A DNA stretch of 47,468 nt from Clostridiales bacterium UBA1248 (GCA_002308615.1 DBWC01000047.1:1-47468); one strand, 5' to 3'; shown: positions 7,427 through 16,726, counted from the stretch's first letter. Made by a program: numbers and translations. The notes: a model not told the origin generated them from the letters alone.

Positions 7427-7747
7427 AGACTATTAGGCGATTTCGATATCCGATCGGAATTCTTTTTCATCGGAAAAACCGACGAAGAAATATCGCTGGT
7501 TTGCAGGACCGAAGATACTCCGTCAAAAACGGCAGAACGCGACGACGGATGGCGAGGATTTCGCATTCAGGGAACGCTCGATTTCTCACTGATCGGTATT
7601 CTTTCAAAAATATCCGGCATCCTCACGGAACATAAAATCGGGATCTTTGCGGTATCAACGTACAATACGGATTATATCCTTGTTAAAGAAAATAACTTTG
7701 AAAAGGCTTTAACGGTATTGGCTTCCGAAGGATATACAATAATATAG
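7423..7747 (+). pseudogene. ACT domain (ACT_7-like) gene with a frame break just after its ATGA-coupled start
   Basis: Frame 7427..7747 encodes ...LLGDFDIRSEFFFIGKTDEEISLVCRTEDTP...DDGWRGFRIQGTLDFSLIGILSKISGILTEHKIGIFAVSTYNTDYILVKE but contains no ATG/GTG/TTG. The only coupled ATG (7423-7425, overlapping the nitroreductase TGA) is in a different frame. Confidence 0.55.
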
Positions 7748-7772
7748 ATTAGGATTTGCAAAGGCAAACAGA

Positions 7773-8342
7773 ATGATAATTGAAACCGAAAGACTGATAC
7801 TCCGCCCGTTTCTTGAAACAGATGCGGCGGACGTTTTCGAATACTTACATAAACCGGCGGTCAACTGCTTTGCGTCGATGAAACTGGATACGCTTGAAGA
7901 CGCAAAAAAAAAAATGAAAAAACGCGTCAGCGAGACTGAATACTACTTTGCTATTACACTGAAAGACGGCGGCAAGGTGATCGGCGAGATCGACGCTTAT
8001 CCCGAAGCCGGAGAGCCGCACGAGGATGAAACCTCGCCGAAGGACACGTTCAGCCCGTGCTGGATGCTGAATCTGAATTATACCGGAAAAGGCTACGCCT
8101 ATGAAGCGGCGCACGCTTTCTTCGATTACCTGTTCAATGAAAAAGGCGCAAGGCGGATATACGCTTATACCGAGGATACTAACCTTCCGAGTCAGCACCT
8201 TTGTGAAAAACTCGGAATGCGCCGCGAAGGATTGTTCCTTGAGTTTATCTCGTTCGTAAACAACCCGGACGGCACGCCTCGTTATGAGAATACATATCAG
8301 TACGCGATTCTGAAAAAGGAGTGGGATAAAAGAAAAGCATGA
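7773..8342 (+). CDS. GNAT family N-acetyltransferase (RimJ/RimL-like)
   Basis: N-terminal IETERLILRPF, YTGKGYAYEA acetyl-CoA loop, and SQHLCEKLGMRREG. Confidence 0.9.
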   Translation: MIIETERLILRPFLETDAADVFEYLHKPAVNCFASMKLDTLEDAKKKMKKRVSETEYYFAITLKDGGKVIGEIDAYPEAGEPHEDETSPKDTFSPCWMLNLNYTGKGYAYEAAHAFFDYLFNEKGARRIYAYTEDTNLPSQHLCEKLGMRREGLFLEFISFVNNPDGTPRYENTYQYAILKKEWDKRKA

Positions 8343-8953
8343 CGCAATACGAAAGAATGGTAAAAGGTCTGATCTACGACCCCGCTGACCCGGAAATCAT
8401 GGCGGAGCAGGTCCCGTTTCAGGATAAACTGTGGGAATTCAATCAGTTGAAACCCTCTGACTATGAGAAAAAACAGCGATATATGAAAGAGGTCTTCGCC
8501 GAATGCGGCGAAAACTGCTATATCGAACTGCCGCTCCGAGCCAACTGGGGCGGTCATCACCTGCATTTCGGCTCAAATATCTACGCGAATTCCAACCTTA
8601 CGCTTGTGGACGACGGGCATATCTACGTCGGCGACAAGGTGATGTTCGGACCGAACGTGACGATCGCGACGGCGAATCATCCGATCGATCCCGAACTGCG
8701 CACCCGCGCTCTGCAGTATAACAAGGACGTGTATATCGGCGAGAACGTATGGATCGGCGCGGGAGTAATCATCGTGCCCGGAGTTCGTATAGGCAAGAAC
8801 AGCGTTATCGGCGCGGGGAGCGTCGTGACGAAGGACATCCCCGAAAACGTCGTTGCAGTCGGTAATCCCTGCCGCGTATTACGGGAAATATCCGAACGCG
8901 ATAAGGAATTCTTTTACAAAAACGAACGGATAGACTGGGAAGAGTTGGATTGA
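8339..8953 (+). CDS. maa: Sugar (maltose/galactoside) O-acetyltransferase, hexapeptide-repeat family
   Basis: Mac-type N-terminal region (GLIYDPADPEI...), then left-handed beta-helix hexapeptide repeats (IGENVWIGAGVIIVPGVRIGKNSVIGAGSVV). It overlaps the GNAT gene by ATGA. Confidence 0.9.
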   Translation: MTQYERMVKGLIYDPADPEIMAEQVPFQDKLWEFNQLKPSDYEKKQRYMKEVFAECGENCYIELPLRANWGGHHLHFGSNIYANSNLTLVDDGHIYVGDKVMFGPNVTIATANHPIDPELRTRALQYNKDVYIGENVWIGAGVIIVPGVRIGKNSVIGAGSVVTKDIPENVVAVGNPCRVLREISERDKEFFYKNERIDWEELD

Positions 8954-8955
8954 CC

Positions 8956-9354
8956 ATGAAGTTTAAACACACAAGCCGTCCGGGCTTCCTTCTCGGATTT
9001 ATAGATTTTTTCACAGCCGGATTATTCTTCCTGCTGTATATGCCTCTCGGCGGACTGCAGAAGGAACTGGAAGATATCCTCGGCCACAAGGTTCGGCCGT
9101 ACTGGCAGGCGTATCTGCTCGGTATTCCGACGCTGTTCATTTATACGCTTGTATGGATGGCGAACATATCTGAAGAACTAAAAGCGAAAGCGACCGAGCT
9201 GGGTATTGAAGGTCCGCATACGTCATGGAAGCACATGTTCTGGTGGAACATGCTCGGCTGTCTCTGCTTCGGACCGATGATCGCGACGCACAGATTCTTC
9301 AGAACGCTGAATAAGGTTGAATCAGAACTGAACAAATGTGGATCAAAAAACTGA
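8956..9354 (+). CDS. Small membrane protein (DUF4234-like)
   Basis: Hydrophobic helices are present. The ATG at 8956 is preferred over the track's TTG at 8950. The family assignment is from memory only. Confidence 0.7.
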   Translation: MKFKHTSRPGFLLGFIDFFTAGLFFLLYMPLGGLQKELEDILGHKVRPYWQAYLLGIPTLFIYTLVWMANISEELKAKATELGIEGPHTSWKHMFWWNMLGCLCFGPMIATHRFFRTLNKVESELNKCGSKN

Positions 9355-9414
9355 AAGGAACCAGGATAGATTTTTTATCCGGACTGATGAATCCGGTTTT
9401 TGAGGTATGATGAA

Positions 9415-10623
9415 ATGACGATAAGATCTGCAAAAACAAGCGCGATACTCATTATTTCGGCGGTATTTCTGTATATTTTGTGTTCATGCAAAGCGAACGC
9501 GCCGGACACGATGTCTGACGCAATTACAACAGAAACGTCAACGGAAACTGAAGCTTTCACAACGGAGAAAGAAACGGAAGAGGCAGAGATGAAGCTGAAA
9601 GACAATATTACGTTTGAACAAAGCGAAGAGATCATAATTCGTCCGTTTTCCTGGGCGCCGCGCGTTTATTATTCAAACGGCGGTGAGATTATCGCAGGTT
9701 ACGAGACACCGGAGGGGATAAAGACCGCTAAAAGCAAGGACGGCGGCAAAACGTGGTACGGCGAAGCGGATGCCTCGTTTTTTAAAGATCTCAACTGTGC
9801 AAACGTAAATTTCTTTTTTGATGGAGAACGTATTTATCTCGCGTACCGCGCCGTAGGGAATACCGATAAAGGACTTTACACCTCGCTTCAGGTAAGCGTA
9901 TCCGAAGACAACGGCAAAAGCTGGTCGTATCATTCGACCGTCGCCGAATACACGGACAACAAAGGCGGCTGCGGTGTATGGGAGCCTTATCTCGGACTGC
10001 TTAACGGCAGACTTATCTGTATGTATGCAAACGATCATCCGTCTGTGACGAAATATCAGAATATAGAATATCTTGTGTGGAACGGAACTGAATGGACGGA
10101 ACGCACCGTAATAAGCGACGGCAACGCTCATAAATCGCGTGACGGAATGCCCGTCTGGTGCGAGTCACCCGACGGCGGTTATCTATGCATTATCGAGAGC
10201 ACGACGGAGCGTAATAAAGGCTATCCTTTCGTGCTTAAGCTGTTTTATTCGGAGGACGGCGTGAACTGGTCCGAGCCGAAGATAATATATAAGCCGTCGT
10301 CAAAGAATTCAAAAACCGCCGCGCCGGGCGTTGCCGTTTTGCCTGACGGACGTCTGGCCGTCAGCTTTCAGACGGACGAGGACGCGACCGTAAAGGGCGA
10401 CTCTCAAAGTGTTATGAAGATAATGATCTCTGACGGCACGTCTGTAAAAGAGCTTGATAAAACACATTTCTCAACACCCGAAAACATTTTCGGCACGCCG
10501 GACGGAGAATCGTCTGTATGGAGCGGTATTTTTTACCGTGACGGTGTGATATATGCATCCGCAGGAACGAAAAACGGCTCGTCGCTCAAAACCGCCGTGG
10601 TGTATAATAAAACAAAATCGTAA
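9415..10623 (+). CDS. BNR/Asp-box repeat sialidase-like lipoprotein
   Basis: Signal peptide with a Cys (YILCSC) and a Thr/Glu linker. Three Asp-box motifs: SKDGGKTW, SEDNGKSW, SEDGVNWS. The ATG at 9415 with GAGG 9 nt upstream is preferred to the TTG at 9400. Confidence 0.85.
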   Translation: MTIRSAKTSAILIISAVFLYILCSCKANAPDTMSDAITTETSTETEAFTTEKETEEAEMKLKDNITFEQSEEIIIRPFSWAPRVYYSNGGEIIAGYETPEGIKTAKSKDGGKTWYGEADASFFKDLNCANVNFFFDGERIYLAYRAVGNTDKGLYTSLQVSVSEDNGKSWSYHSTVAEYTDNKGGCGVWEPYLGLLNGRLICMYANDHPSVTKYQNIEYLVWNGTEWTERTVISDGNAHKSRDGMPVWCESPDGGYLCIIESTTERNKGYPFVLKLFYSEDGVNWSEPKIIYKPSSKNSKTAAPGVAVLPDGRLAVSFQTDEDATVKGDSQSVMKIMISDGTSVKELDKTHFSTPENIFGTPDGESSVWSGIFYRDGVIYASAGTKNGSSLKTAVVYNKTKS

Positions 10624-10627
10624 AACA

Positions 10628-11464
10628 ATGAAAAAACTGAACAAAAAAAGGCTTTGTCTTTATACGCCGCCTTTACCTGACAACACGTCTATGCTTGATA
10701 CGATAGAACTTGCGGAAACGCTCGGACTCGGCGGCATCGAGCTTATGAATTTTTGCCGTGAGCTGAAAACTCCCGATATTGACGGTGCCGCGCGTTTATT
10801 CAACGCCGCAAAGGAAAAGGATCTGTACGTACCTTGCCTTACCGTCAACTCGGATATCCCGACTTCCCCCGATGAAGCCGTGGAGACGCTGAAAAAATAC
10901 GCCGATATATGCGCAGCGTTCGGCATAAAATATCTGCATCATACGATAGCTAAGGACTTTCATTGTTATGATATATCCGATATTGAGATAAACAGAAGAT
11001 TTGAGGTATGTATTCCCGCGGTAAAGCAGGTGTGCGAATACGCAAACTCGATAAATGTCAGTATCTTAACGGAAAATCAGGGTTTTGTCTTTAACGGCGT
11101 ATCGAATATGCGGCGGCTGTATGAAAGAACCGGAGGGAAAATCGGTTTTATCGCCGACACGGGAAATACGCTGTTTTTAGATGAAAAACCTGAGAAATTC
11201 ATAAAGGAATTTAAAGACAAAGTTTATCACGTACATATTAAAGATTATAAGATTGCAGACGGTGATGATCCGGATGAGCCTATATATATTTCACGCGGCG
11301 GGATGCGCTTTACAGACGCCGAAATAGGCACGGGGATCATCCCGCTTGACCGTGTGATAAATACGTTGAATGATATAAACTACCGCGGTATGTTCTCTCT
11401 TGAATTCAACGGCGTTAAGGACTGTGAAGAAATAAAACGAGTGCTGAAAAGAATTACCGAATGA
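10628..11464 (+). CDS. Sugar phosphate isomerase/epimerase (xylose isomerase-like TIM barrel)
   Basis: MKKLNKKRLCLYT start. The track start at 10553 overlaps the previous gene. Typical features are the ...GIELMNF..., ENQG, and HVHIKD patterns. Confidence 0.85.
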   Translation: MKKLNKKRLCLYTPPLPDNTSMLDTIELAETLGLGGIELMNFCRELKTPDIDGAARLFNAAKEKDLYVPCLTVNSDIPTSPDEAVETLKKYADICAAFGIKYLHHTIAKDFHCYDISDIEINRRFEVCIPAVKQVCEYANSINVSILTENQGFVFNGVSNMRRLYERTGGKIGFIADTGNTLFLDEKPEKFIKEFKDKVYHVHIKDYKIADGDDPDEPIYISRGGMRFTDAEIGTGIIPLDRVINTLNDINYRGMFSLEFNGVKDCEEIKRVLKRITE

Positions 11465-11536
11465 TGACCTGACCGATTATCTTGATATGCGGGCATAAAT
11501 CCGACGAATGATCCCGACAATAATACAACAAAAAAA

Positions 11537-11590
11537 AGCAACGAATTAAGTAACCGATTATGTTAATTGATTGTTCGCTGCTTTTTTATG
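11537..11590 (+). terminator. Possible intrinsic terminator
   Basis: AGCAACGAA...TTCGCTGCT stem (one mismatch, extended by AATTAA/TTAATT) followed by TTTTTT. The A-run upstream means it could work in both directions. Confidence 0.4.
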
Positions 11591-11681
11591 TTATTTTATT
11601 AAACACCCAAATATATAGCGCTCAATAATATATAGAAATCTTATTCCTCATCATCAAACGAATAATCATTCAACTCTTTGT

Positions 11682-11850
11682 ATCGGATCTTTTTCGGATA
11701 AGAAAAAGACCCTGTTTTCACAAGGTCTTTGATGGATTTTGATGGAGTTTTTCTCTTTAATTCTTTCTCGATTCAGATTCAAGAGAGGATAAAATGGAGT
11801 GAACCAAATCGGGGGGAAAGAGGATAAAGAGAGGTGGAAAGGATCAACGG
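11682..11850 (-). ncRNA. Candidate small RNA / conserved repeat module, copy 2
   Basis: Differs from copy 3 at only 3 positions over ~146 nt. It has the same terminator hairpin (11705-11730) plus a T-run on the minus strand. The conserved frame has no start codon. Confidence 0.4.
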
Positions 11851-11860
11851 CTGTCCATTT

Positions 11861-12050
11861 CCATTCTTCTTTTTTCTATTTTGATTCAAACAAGTTTTTT
11901 CTGTCATATTGAATCAATCGGACTCGAAACGGAGGCTCACTCCATCTCATTCCATCTCGAATTCCGACTCGAAACAGAGTCTTTTTAGAGTCTTCCGTCT
12001 TGCTCTAATTCTCCTCTAAATCTCTGAAAAGAGAGAGAAAAGATGGATTT
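11861..12050 (+). repeat. Diverged inverted copy (foldback arm) of the module
   Basis: The plus strand GGCTCACTCCATCTCATTCCATCTCGAATTCCGACTCGAAA parallels the minus-strand core GGTTCACTCCATTTTATCCTCTCTTGAATCTGAATCGAGAAA. Its word order is shared with 1261-1440. Confidence 0.4.
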
Positions 12051-12098
12051 TCTATAGAAATTCTGCATTTTTCTTTCGATTTTGGAGTTGGACAGAGT

Positions 12099-12260
12099 CT
12101 TTCGGAAATAGAAAAAAGACCCTGTTTTCACAAGGTCTTTGATGGATCTTGATGGAGTTTTTCTCTTTAATTCTTTCTCGATTCAGATTCAAGAGAGGAT
12201 AAAATGGAGTGAACCAAATCGGGGGGAAAGAGGATAAAGAGAGGTGGACAGGATCAATGG
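12099..12260 (-). ncRNA. Candidate small RNA / 3'UTR element, copy 3 (starts 3 nt after the guaA stop)
   Basis: Same module with a terminator hairpin at 12115-12140 followed by TTTTTTCTATTT on the minus strand. It serves as the guaA operon terminator. Confidence 0.45.
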
Positions 12261-12263
12261 CGA

Positions 12264-13790
12264 TCATTCCCACTCCACCGTGGCGGGGGGTTTGGAGGTT
12301 ATGTCGTATACCACGCGGTTGATGGTTTTAACTTCGTTCGTTATGCGGCGGGAGGTTTTATCGAGGACGTCGAACGGGACGCGCGTCCAGTCCGCCGTCA
12401 TAAAGTCGTCCGTCGTAACGGCGCGTAGCGCCACGGTGTAGCCGTACGTTCTCGCGTCGCCCATAACGCCGACGCTCTGCGTATCGGTAAGCACCGCGAA
12501 GTACTGATTCGATTTGACGTTTGCCGCTTCAAGTTCTTCTCTGAAAATGGCGTCCGCCTCACGCAGCGTGTCCGCTTTTTCCTTCGTTATATCGCCGATT
12601 ATACGCACTGCGAGACCCGGTCCGGGGAACGGCTGACGCATAACGAGCTTTTCCGGTATGCCGAGTTTAAGTCCGACGGCTCTTACCTCGTCCTTGAACA
12701 GCTCGCGCAGAGGCTCTACTATGCCTTTAAACTCCATTACGGACGGCAGGCCGCCGACGTTATGGTGGCTTTTTATCGTTGACGCGTCACCTTTGCCGCT
12801 TTCTATAACGTCCGGGTATATAGTTCCCTGCACCAGATAGTCCGCGTTTCCTATGACGTGGCTCTGATCCTCAAACACGCGTATGAATTCCTCGCCTATA
12901 ATACGGCGCTTTTTCTCCGGCTCTTTTACGCCGGCGAGCTTTATAAGAAATCTGTCTTCGGCATTTACGCGGATGAGATTCATATTGAACTGATGACGGA
13001 AAATGCGCTCAACGTCGTCGCCCTCGTTTTTGCGGAGCAGTCCGTGATCGACGAAAACGCAGGTCAGGTTATCGCCTACCGCTCTGTGTATCAAAACCGC
13101 CGCGACGGACGAGTCGACGCCGCCGGACAGGGCGCACAAAACGCGTCTGCCTTTAAGCTCTTTCTTATATTTTTCTATCGTTTTTTCTATGAAATCGTCC
13201 ATTTTCCAGTCGCCCTTGCAGCCGCAGACCGCGAAAATGAAGTTATATAGGATCTTCGTTCCGTATTCGGTATGCGTTACTTCCGGATGGAACTGCACGC
13301 CATATATGCGGCGGCAAAAGTCCGCCATAGCGGCGCACGGGCAGTTGTCCGTGTGAGCGATGATCTCAAAGCCGTCCGGTATCTGCTTTACGTAATCCGT
13401 ATGGCTCATCCAGCATACGCTTTTTTCGGGAACGTCATTAAAAAGATCGCATTTATTTACGTACACGTCCGTTTTTCCGTATTCGCTTATGCTTCCGGCG
13501 GAGCATATTTCACCGCCCGCCATATACGCCGTGAGCTGATGGCCGTAGCAGATGCCGAGCACGGGCACGCCGATATCAAGGATTTCCTTATCGTAATGCG
13601 GAGATCTTTCGTCGTAGACGCTGTTCGGTCCGCCCGTGAAGATTATGCCTTTATAACCCTCTTCTTTTATCTCGTCAAGCGTTATTTTGTTATACGGTTT
13701 TATCTCGGCGTAAACGCCCTGTTCGCGCACGCGGCGCGCTATCAGAAGATCGTACTGGCCGCCGAAATCAAGAACAAGAATCTTTTCCAT
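12264..13790 (-). CDS. guaA: GMP synthase (glutamine-hydrolysing)
   Basis: 508 aa with an N-terminal GATase ([11 protein letters not shown]) and an ATP-PPase SGGVDSS motif. The C-terminus ...KPPATVEWE is typical of GuaA. Confidence 0.97.
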   Translation of the reverse strand: MEKILVLDFGGQYDLLIARRVREQGVYAEIKPYNKITLDEIKEEGYKGIIFTGGPNSVYDERSPHYDKEILDIGVPVLGICYGHQLTAYMAGGEICSAGSISEYGKTDVYVNKCDLFNDVPEKSVCWMSHTDYVKQIPDGFEIIAHTDNCPCAAMADFCRRIYGVQFHPEVTHTEYGTKILYNFIFAVCGCKGDWKMDDFIEKTIEKYKKELKGRRVLCALSGGVDSSVAAVLIHRAVGDNLTCVFVDHGLLRKNEGDDVERIFRHQFNMNLIRVNAEDRFLIKLAGVKEPEKKRRIIGEEFIRVFEDQSHVIGNADYLVQGTIYPDVIESGKGDASTIKSHHNVGGLPSVMEFKGIVEPLRELFKDEVRAVGLKLGIPEKLVMRQPFPGPGLAVRIIGDITKEKADTLREADAIFREELEAANVKSNQYFAVLTDTQSVGVMGDARTYGYTVALRAVTTDDFMTADWTRVPFDVLDKTSRRITNEVKTINRVVYDITSKPPATVEWE

Positions 13791-13799
13791 AAAATACCC

Positions 13800-15218
13800 T
13801 TAAAGCGATATTTCACTTTCCATATCCGTCGCCTCTTTGAGCACCGGCGAAAGTTTTTCCACGTATCTTTGCACCTGCTCTCCGCATCTGCCCGTGTAAA
13901 GTGACGGGTCGAGCACGTTGTTTATCTCTTCCTCGGTCAGGCCGAATTCCGTATGCGCGGCGAGCGCCGGGATCAGATCGCAGTCAAGTCCCTCTTTCAT
14001 CCTTGCCGTCGCTTTCATCGACTCCTGCCTTATTATCTCGTGTAAGACCTGTCTGTCTTTTCCGCGTTTTACCGCTTCCATAAGCAGATTTTCGGTCGCT
14101 ATGAACGGCAGGTATTCGGATACTGTCTTTGCTATGACTTTTTCGTTTACAACGATACCTTTCGTTACGTTCAGCATAAGACGGAGCACCGCGTCCGCGC
14201 ATAAGAACGCTTCCGGTACGCTTATCCTTCTGTTTGCGGAGTCGTCGAGCGTGCGCTCGAGCCACTGCGTTGAAGCGGTCATATAAGCGTTTGACGCGTC
14301 CGCCATAAGATATCGGGAAAGCGAGCAGATGCGCTCGCATCTCATCGGGTTGCGCTTGTACGCCATGGCGGACGAACCGATCTGATTTTTTTCAAACGGC
14401 TCTTCAAGCTGTCTGTCGTGCTGAAGCAGTCTCATATCGTTTGCAAATTTATACGCGCTCTGCGCTATTGCCGAAAGCGCGTTTATGATCGCGGAATCCG
14501 TTTTTCTCGGATAAGTCTGTCCGCATACGTCAAAATACGAATCAAATCCGAATTCCGCGCAGATCATCCCGTTCATCTTATCGATCTTTTCGGTATCGCC
14601 GCCGAAAAGCTCCATAAAGCTCGCTTCCGTGCCCGTCGTGCCGCGGCAGCCGAGCATTTTTATACGGCTTACCGTAAAGTCAATTTCTTCAAGGTCGGAG
14701 GCGAGATCCTGCAGCCACAGCGACGCACGCTTGCCGACGGTGACGAGCTGAGCCGGCTGATAATGGGTATAACCGAGCGTGGGCAGGTCTTTGTACTGCA
14801 GCGAAAAATCCGCTAAGTTCCTCATTACCGCCAAAAGCATTTTTCTTACGTACAGCAGCGCGTCGCGGTAGATTATCATATCCGCGTTGTCGGTAACGTA
14901 ACAGCTCGTGGCGCCGGAATGTATTATTCCCGCCGCGGACGGAGCCGCCTTGCCGTAAGCGTAAACGTGCGCCATAACGTCGTGCCGCACTTCTTTTTCG
15001 CGCTGCGCGGCGACTTCGTAATCTATATCGGTTATATGGGCTTCAAGCTCTTTTACCTGTTCTTCCGTTATCGGCAAGCCAAGCTTATGCTCGGCGCGTG
15101 CCAGAGCGACCCAGAGCCGTCTCCACGTCTGGATCCGCGTATCAGCGGAAAACAGTTTTAACATATATTCCGATGCGTAACGCGACGATAACGGAGATTC
15201 GTATTTATCCCTGCTCAT
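13800..15218 (-). CDS. purB: Adenylosuccinate lyase
   Basis: 472 aa with N-terminal YESPLSSRYAS and the fumarate-lyase signature GSSAMAYKRNP. Confidence 0.97.
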   Translation of the reverse strand: MSRDKYESPLSSRYASEYMLKLFSADTRIQTWRRLWVALARAEHKLGLPITEEQVKELEAHITDIDYEVAAQREKEVRHDVMAHVYAYGKAAPSAAGIIHSGATSCYVTDNADMIIYRDALLYVRKMLLAVMRNLADFSLQYKDLPTLGYTHYQPAQLVTVGKRASLWLQDLASDLEEIDFTVSRIKMLGCRGTTGTEASFMELFGGDTEKIDKMNGMICAEFGFDSYFDVCGQTYPRKTDSAIINALSAIAQSAYKFANDMRLLQHDRQLEEPFEKNQIGSSAMAYKRNPMRCERICSLSRYLMADASNAYMTASTQWLERTLDDSANRRISVPEAFLCADAVLRLMLNVTKGIVVNEKVIAKTVSEYLPFIATENLLMEAVKRGKDRQVLHEIIRQESMKATARMKEGLDCDLIPALAAHTEFGLTEEEINNVLDPSLYTGRCGEQVQRYVEKLSPVLKEATDMESEISL

Positions 15219-15228
15219 GCGGTCCTCC

Positions 15229-16503
15229 TTATCTAATGATTATGCTGTCGCGTTCCGGTCCCACGGAAACGTAACCTATGCGGCAGCCGATCCGCTCTTC
15301 TATGTACGTTACGTAGTTTCTCGCCTGCTCGGGGAGGTCCTCCCAGCTTCTGCAAGCCGATATATCCGTTTTCCAGCCGGGCAGATATTCGATAACGGGC
15401 TTTGCATCGAAAAGCGCCGCGGGGAACGGGAATTCGTCGGTCTGTTTGCCGTCAAGCACGTAATGCGTGCAGACGGGAATCTTGTCCATATATGAAAGCA
15501 CGTCGAGCTTTGTCAGTGCTATGCACGTCGCCGCCTGCACCTGCACGCCGTAGCGCGTTGCGACTATGTCGACCGGTCCGACACGGCGCGGACGTCCCGT
15601 TTTTGCGCCGTATTCTCCTCCCGCCTCGCGCAGCTTTTCAGCCTCTTCGCCAAACCATTCACAGGTGAACGGGCCCTCTCCCACGCAGGTGGAATAAGCC
15701 TTGACGACGCCTATTATGTCGTCGATCTTAACGGACGGACAGCCGGAGCCGATAGGCGCGTACGACGCCGTAGTGTTTGACGAGGTCGTATACGGAACTA
15801 TACCGAAATCAAGGTCGCGCAGAGAGCCGAGCTGTGCTTCAAACATTATGCTCTTGCCGTTTGCCTGCGCTTGTCTGAGCAGTTTTCCGGTGTCGGCAAC
15901 GTACGGTTTTATCTTATACGCGTATTCTTCAAGCCACGCATCAAGCTTTTCCATGGTGTAAGGCTCGGCTCCGTATACGCGGGTAAGCGTGAGATTTTTC
16001 CATTCAAGCAGATCTGCAAGATGCTTTTTCAGCTCCTCCGGGTAGAAAAGCTCTCCCGCCAGAACCGTCTTTTTCTGGTACTTGTCCGAATAAAACGGCG
16101 CTATGCCCTGCTTTGTTGAGCCGTATTTTTTGTCCGCGAGGCGCGCTTCCTCAAGCGCGTCAAGGTCTCTGTGCCACGGGAGCAGAAGCGACGCGCGGTC
16201 GCTTATCTTAAGGTTTTCTTCGCTTACAATAACGCCTTTTTCGGTGACGGTCTTTATCTCGGATAACAGATTCTCCGGGTCGAGCGCAACGCCGTTGCCG
16301 AGAACGTTAACAACTCCCTTGTGGAAAATGCCGGACGGAAGAAGGTGAAGCGCGAACTTGCCGTATTCGTTTATAACGGTGTGTCCCGCGTTTCCGCCGC
16401 CCTGGAACCTGACGACAAAATCATATTTATCGGTTATGAGGTCGACCATACGGCCCTTTCCCTCGTCACCCCAGTTGATACCTACGACTGCACAGTTTGA
16501 CAT
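15229..16503 (-). CDS. purA: Adenylosuccinate synthase
   Basis: 424 aa with the GINWGDEGKGRMVD P-loop, GGNAGHT, and GTTKQGI-like STKQGIAP. Confidence 0.97.
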   Translation of the reverse strand: MSNCAVVGINWGDEGKGRMVDLITDKYDFVVRFQGGGNAGHTVINEYGKFALHLLPSGIFHKGVVNVLGNGVALDPENLLSEIKTVTEKGVIVSEENLKISDRASLLLPWHRDLDALEEARLADKKYGSTKQGIAPFYSDKYQKKTVLAGELFYPEELKKHLADLLEWKNLTLTRVYGAEPYTMEKLDAWLEEYAYKIKPYVADTGKLLRQAQANGKSIMFEAQLGSLRDLDFGIVPYTTSSNTTASYAPIGSGCPSVKIDDIIGVVKAYSTCVGEGPFTCEWFGEEAEKLREAGGEYGAKTGRPRRVGPVDIVATRYGVQVQAATCIALTKLDVLSYMDKIPVCTHYVLDGKQTDEFPFPAALFDAKPVIEYLPGWKTDISACRSWEDLPEQARNYVTYIEERIGCRIGYVSVGPERDSIIIR

Positions 16504-16545
16504 AACGTTTTATTCCTTTCAGCGATAATACGATACCAATATCGT

Positions 16546-16574
16546 ATAATACAATATCTTTTTTTCATTGTCAA
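16546..16574 (-). promoter_or_regulatory. sigma70-type promoter of purA-purB-guaA
   Basis: Minus strand TTGACA (16569-16574), 17 nt, TATTAT (16546-16551). The leader is short, ~35 nt. Confidence 0.55.
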
Positions 16575-16659
16575 GCACATATTGTTTTTTTCTTCGGAAA
16601 TTATAAAAAAGTAACGGTGAACAAACGCGGTTTTGTAGTATATTACATACGGCGGACGC

Positions 16660-16688
16660 TTGACAAAACCGTCAAACGGATGTATAAT
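16660..16688 (+). promoter_or_regulatory. sigma70-type promoter of glnN
   Basis: TTGACA (16660-16665), 17 nt, TATAAT (16683-16688). Confidence 0.6.
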
Positions 16689-16726
16689 AATAAAAATACC
16701 GAAAACTATGAAAGAGTGGTCTGTAT

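Noticed and set aside
7414-7635. 73-aa ORF starting MEKMKTIRRF.
   Set aside because: It is highly basic nonsense in the frame of the ATGA-coupled ATG. The ACT-domain homology is in the neighbouring frame (see the pseudogene call).
10553-10627. Track start at 10553 for the TIM-barrel gene, and track starts at 42517, 31298, 9400 and 8950 for their genes.
   Set aside because: These upstream extensions overlap preceding genes or contain the genuine RBS. Internal ATGs with proper RBS spacing and proper signal peptides were preferred.
11880-11980. GATTCAAAC / GACTCGAAAC words resembling CRISPR repeat 3' ends (…GAAAC).
   Set aside because: There are no regular repeat-spacer units. The words are only ~10 nt, the spacing is irregular (39-45 nt), no cas genes are present, and the region is better explained as a diverged inverted copy of the repeat module.
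16634-16647. Palindrome TGTAGTATATTACA upstream of the glnN -35, considered as a GlnR/TnrA box.
   Set aside because: The spacing does not fit the 17-bp TGTNA-N7-TNACA consensus and the arms are only 4 bp. There is not enough evidence to call a nitrogen-regulator site.
16504-16660. Looked for a purine riboswitch or other leader upstream of purA-purB-guaA.
   Set aside because: The predicted promoter leaves only a ~35-nt leader, and I did not recognise a purine-riboswitch-like junction or loop sequence.
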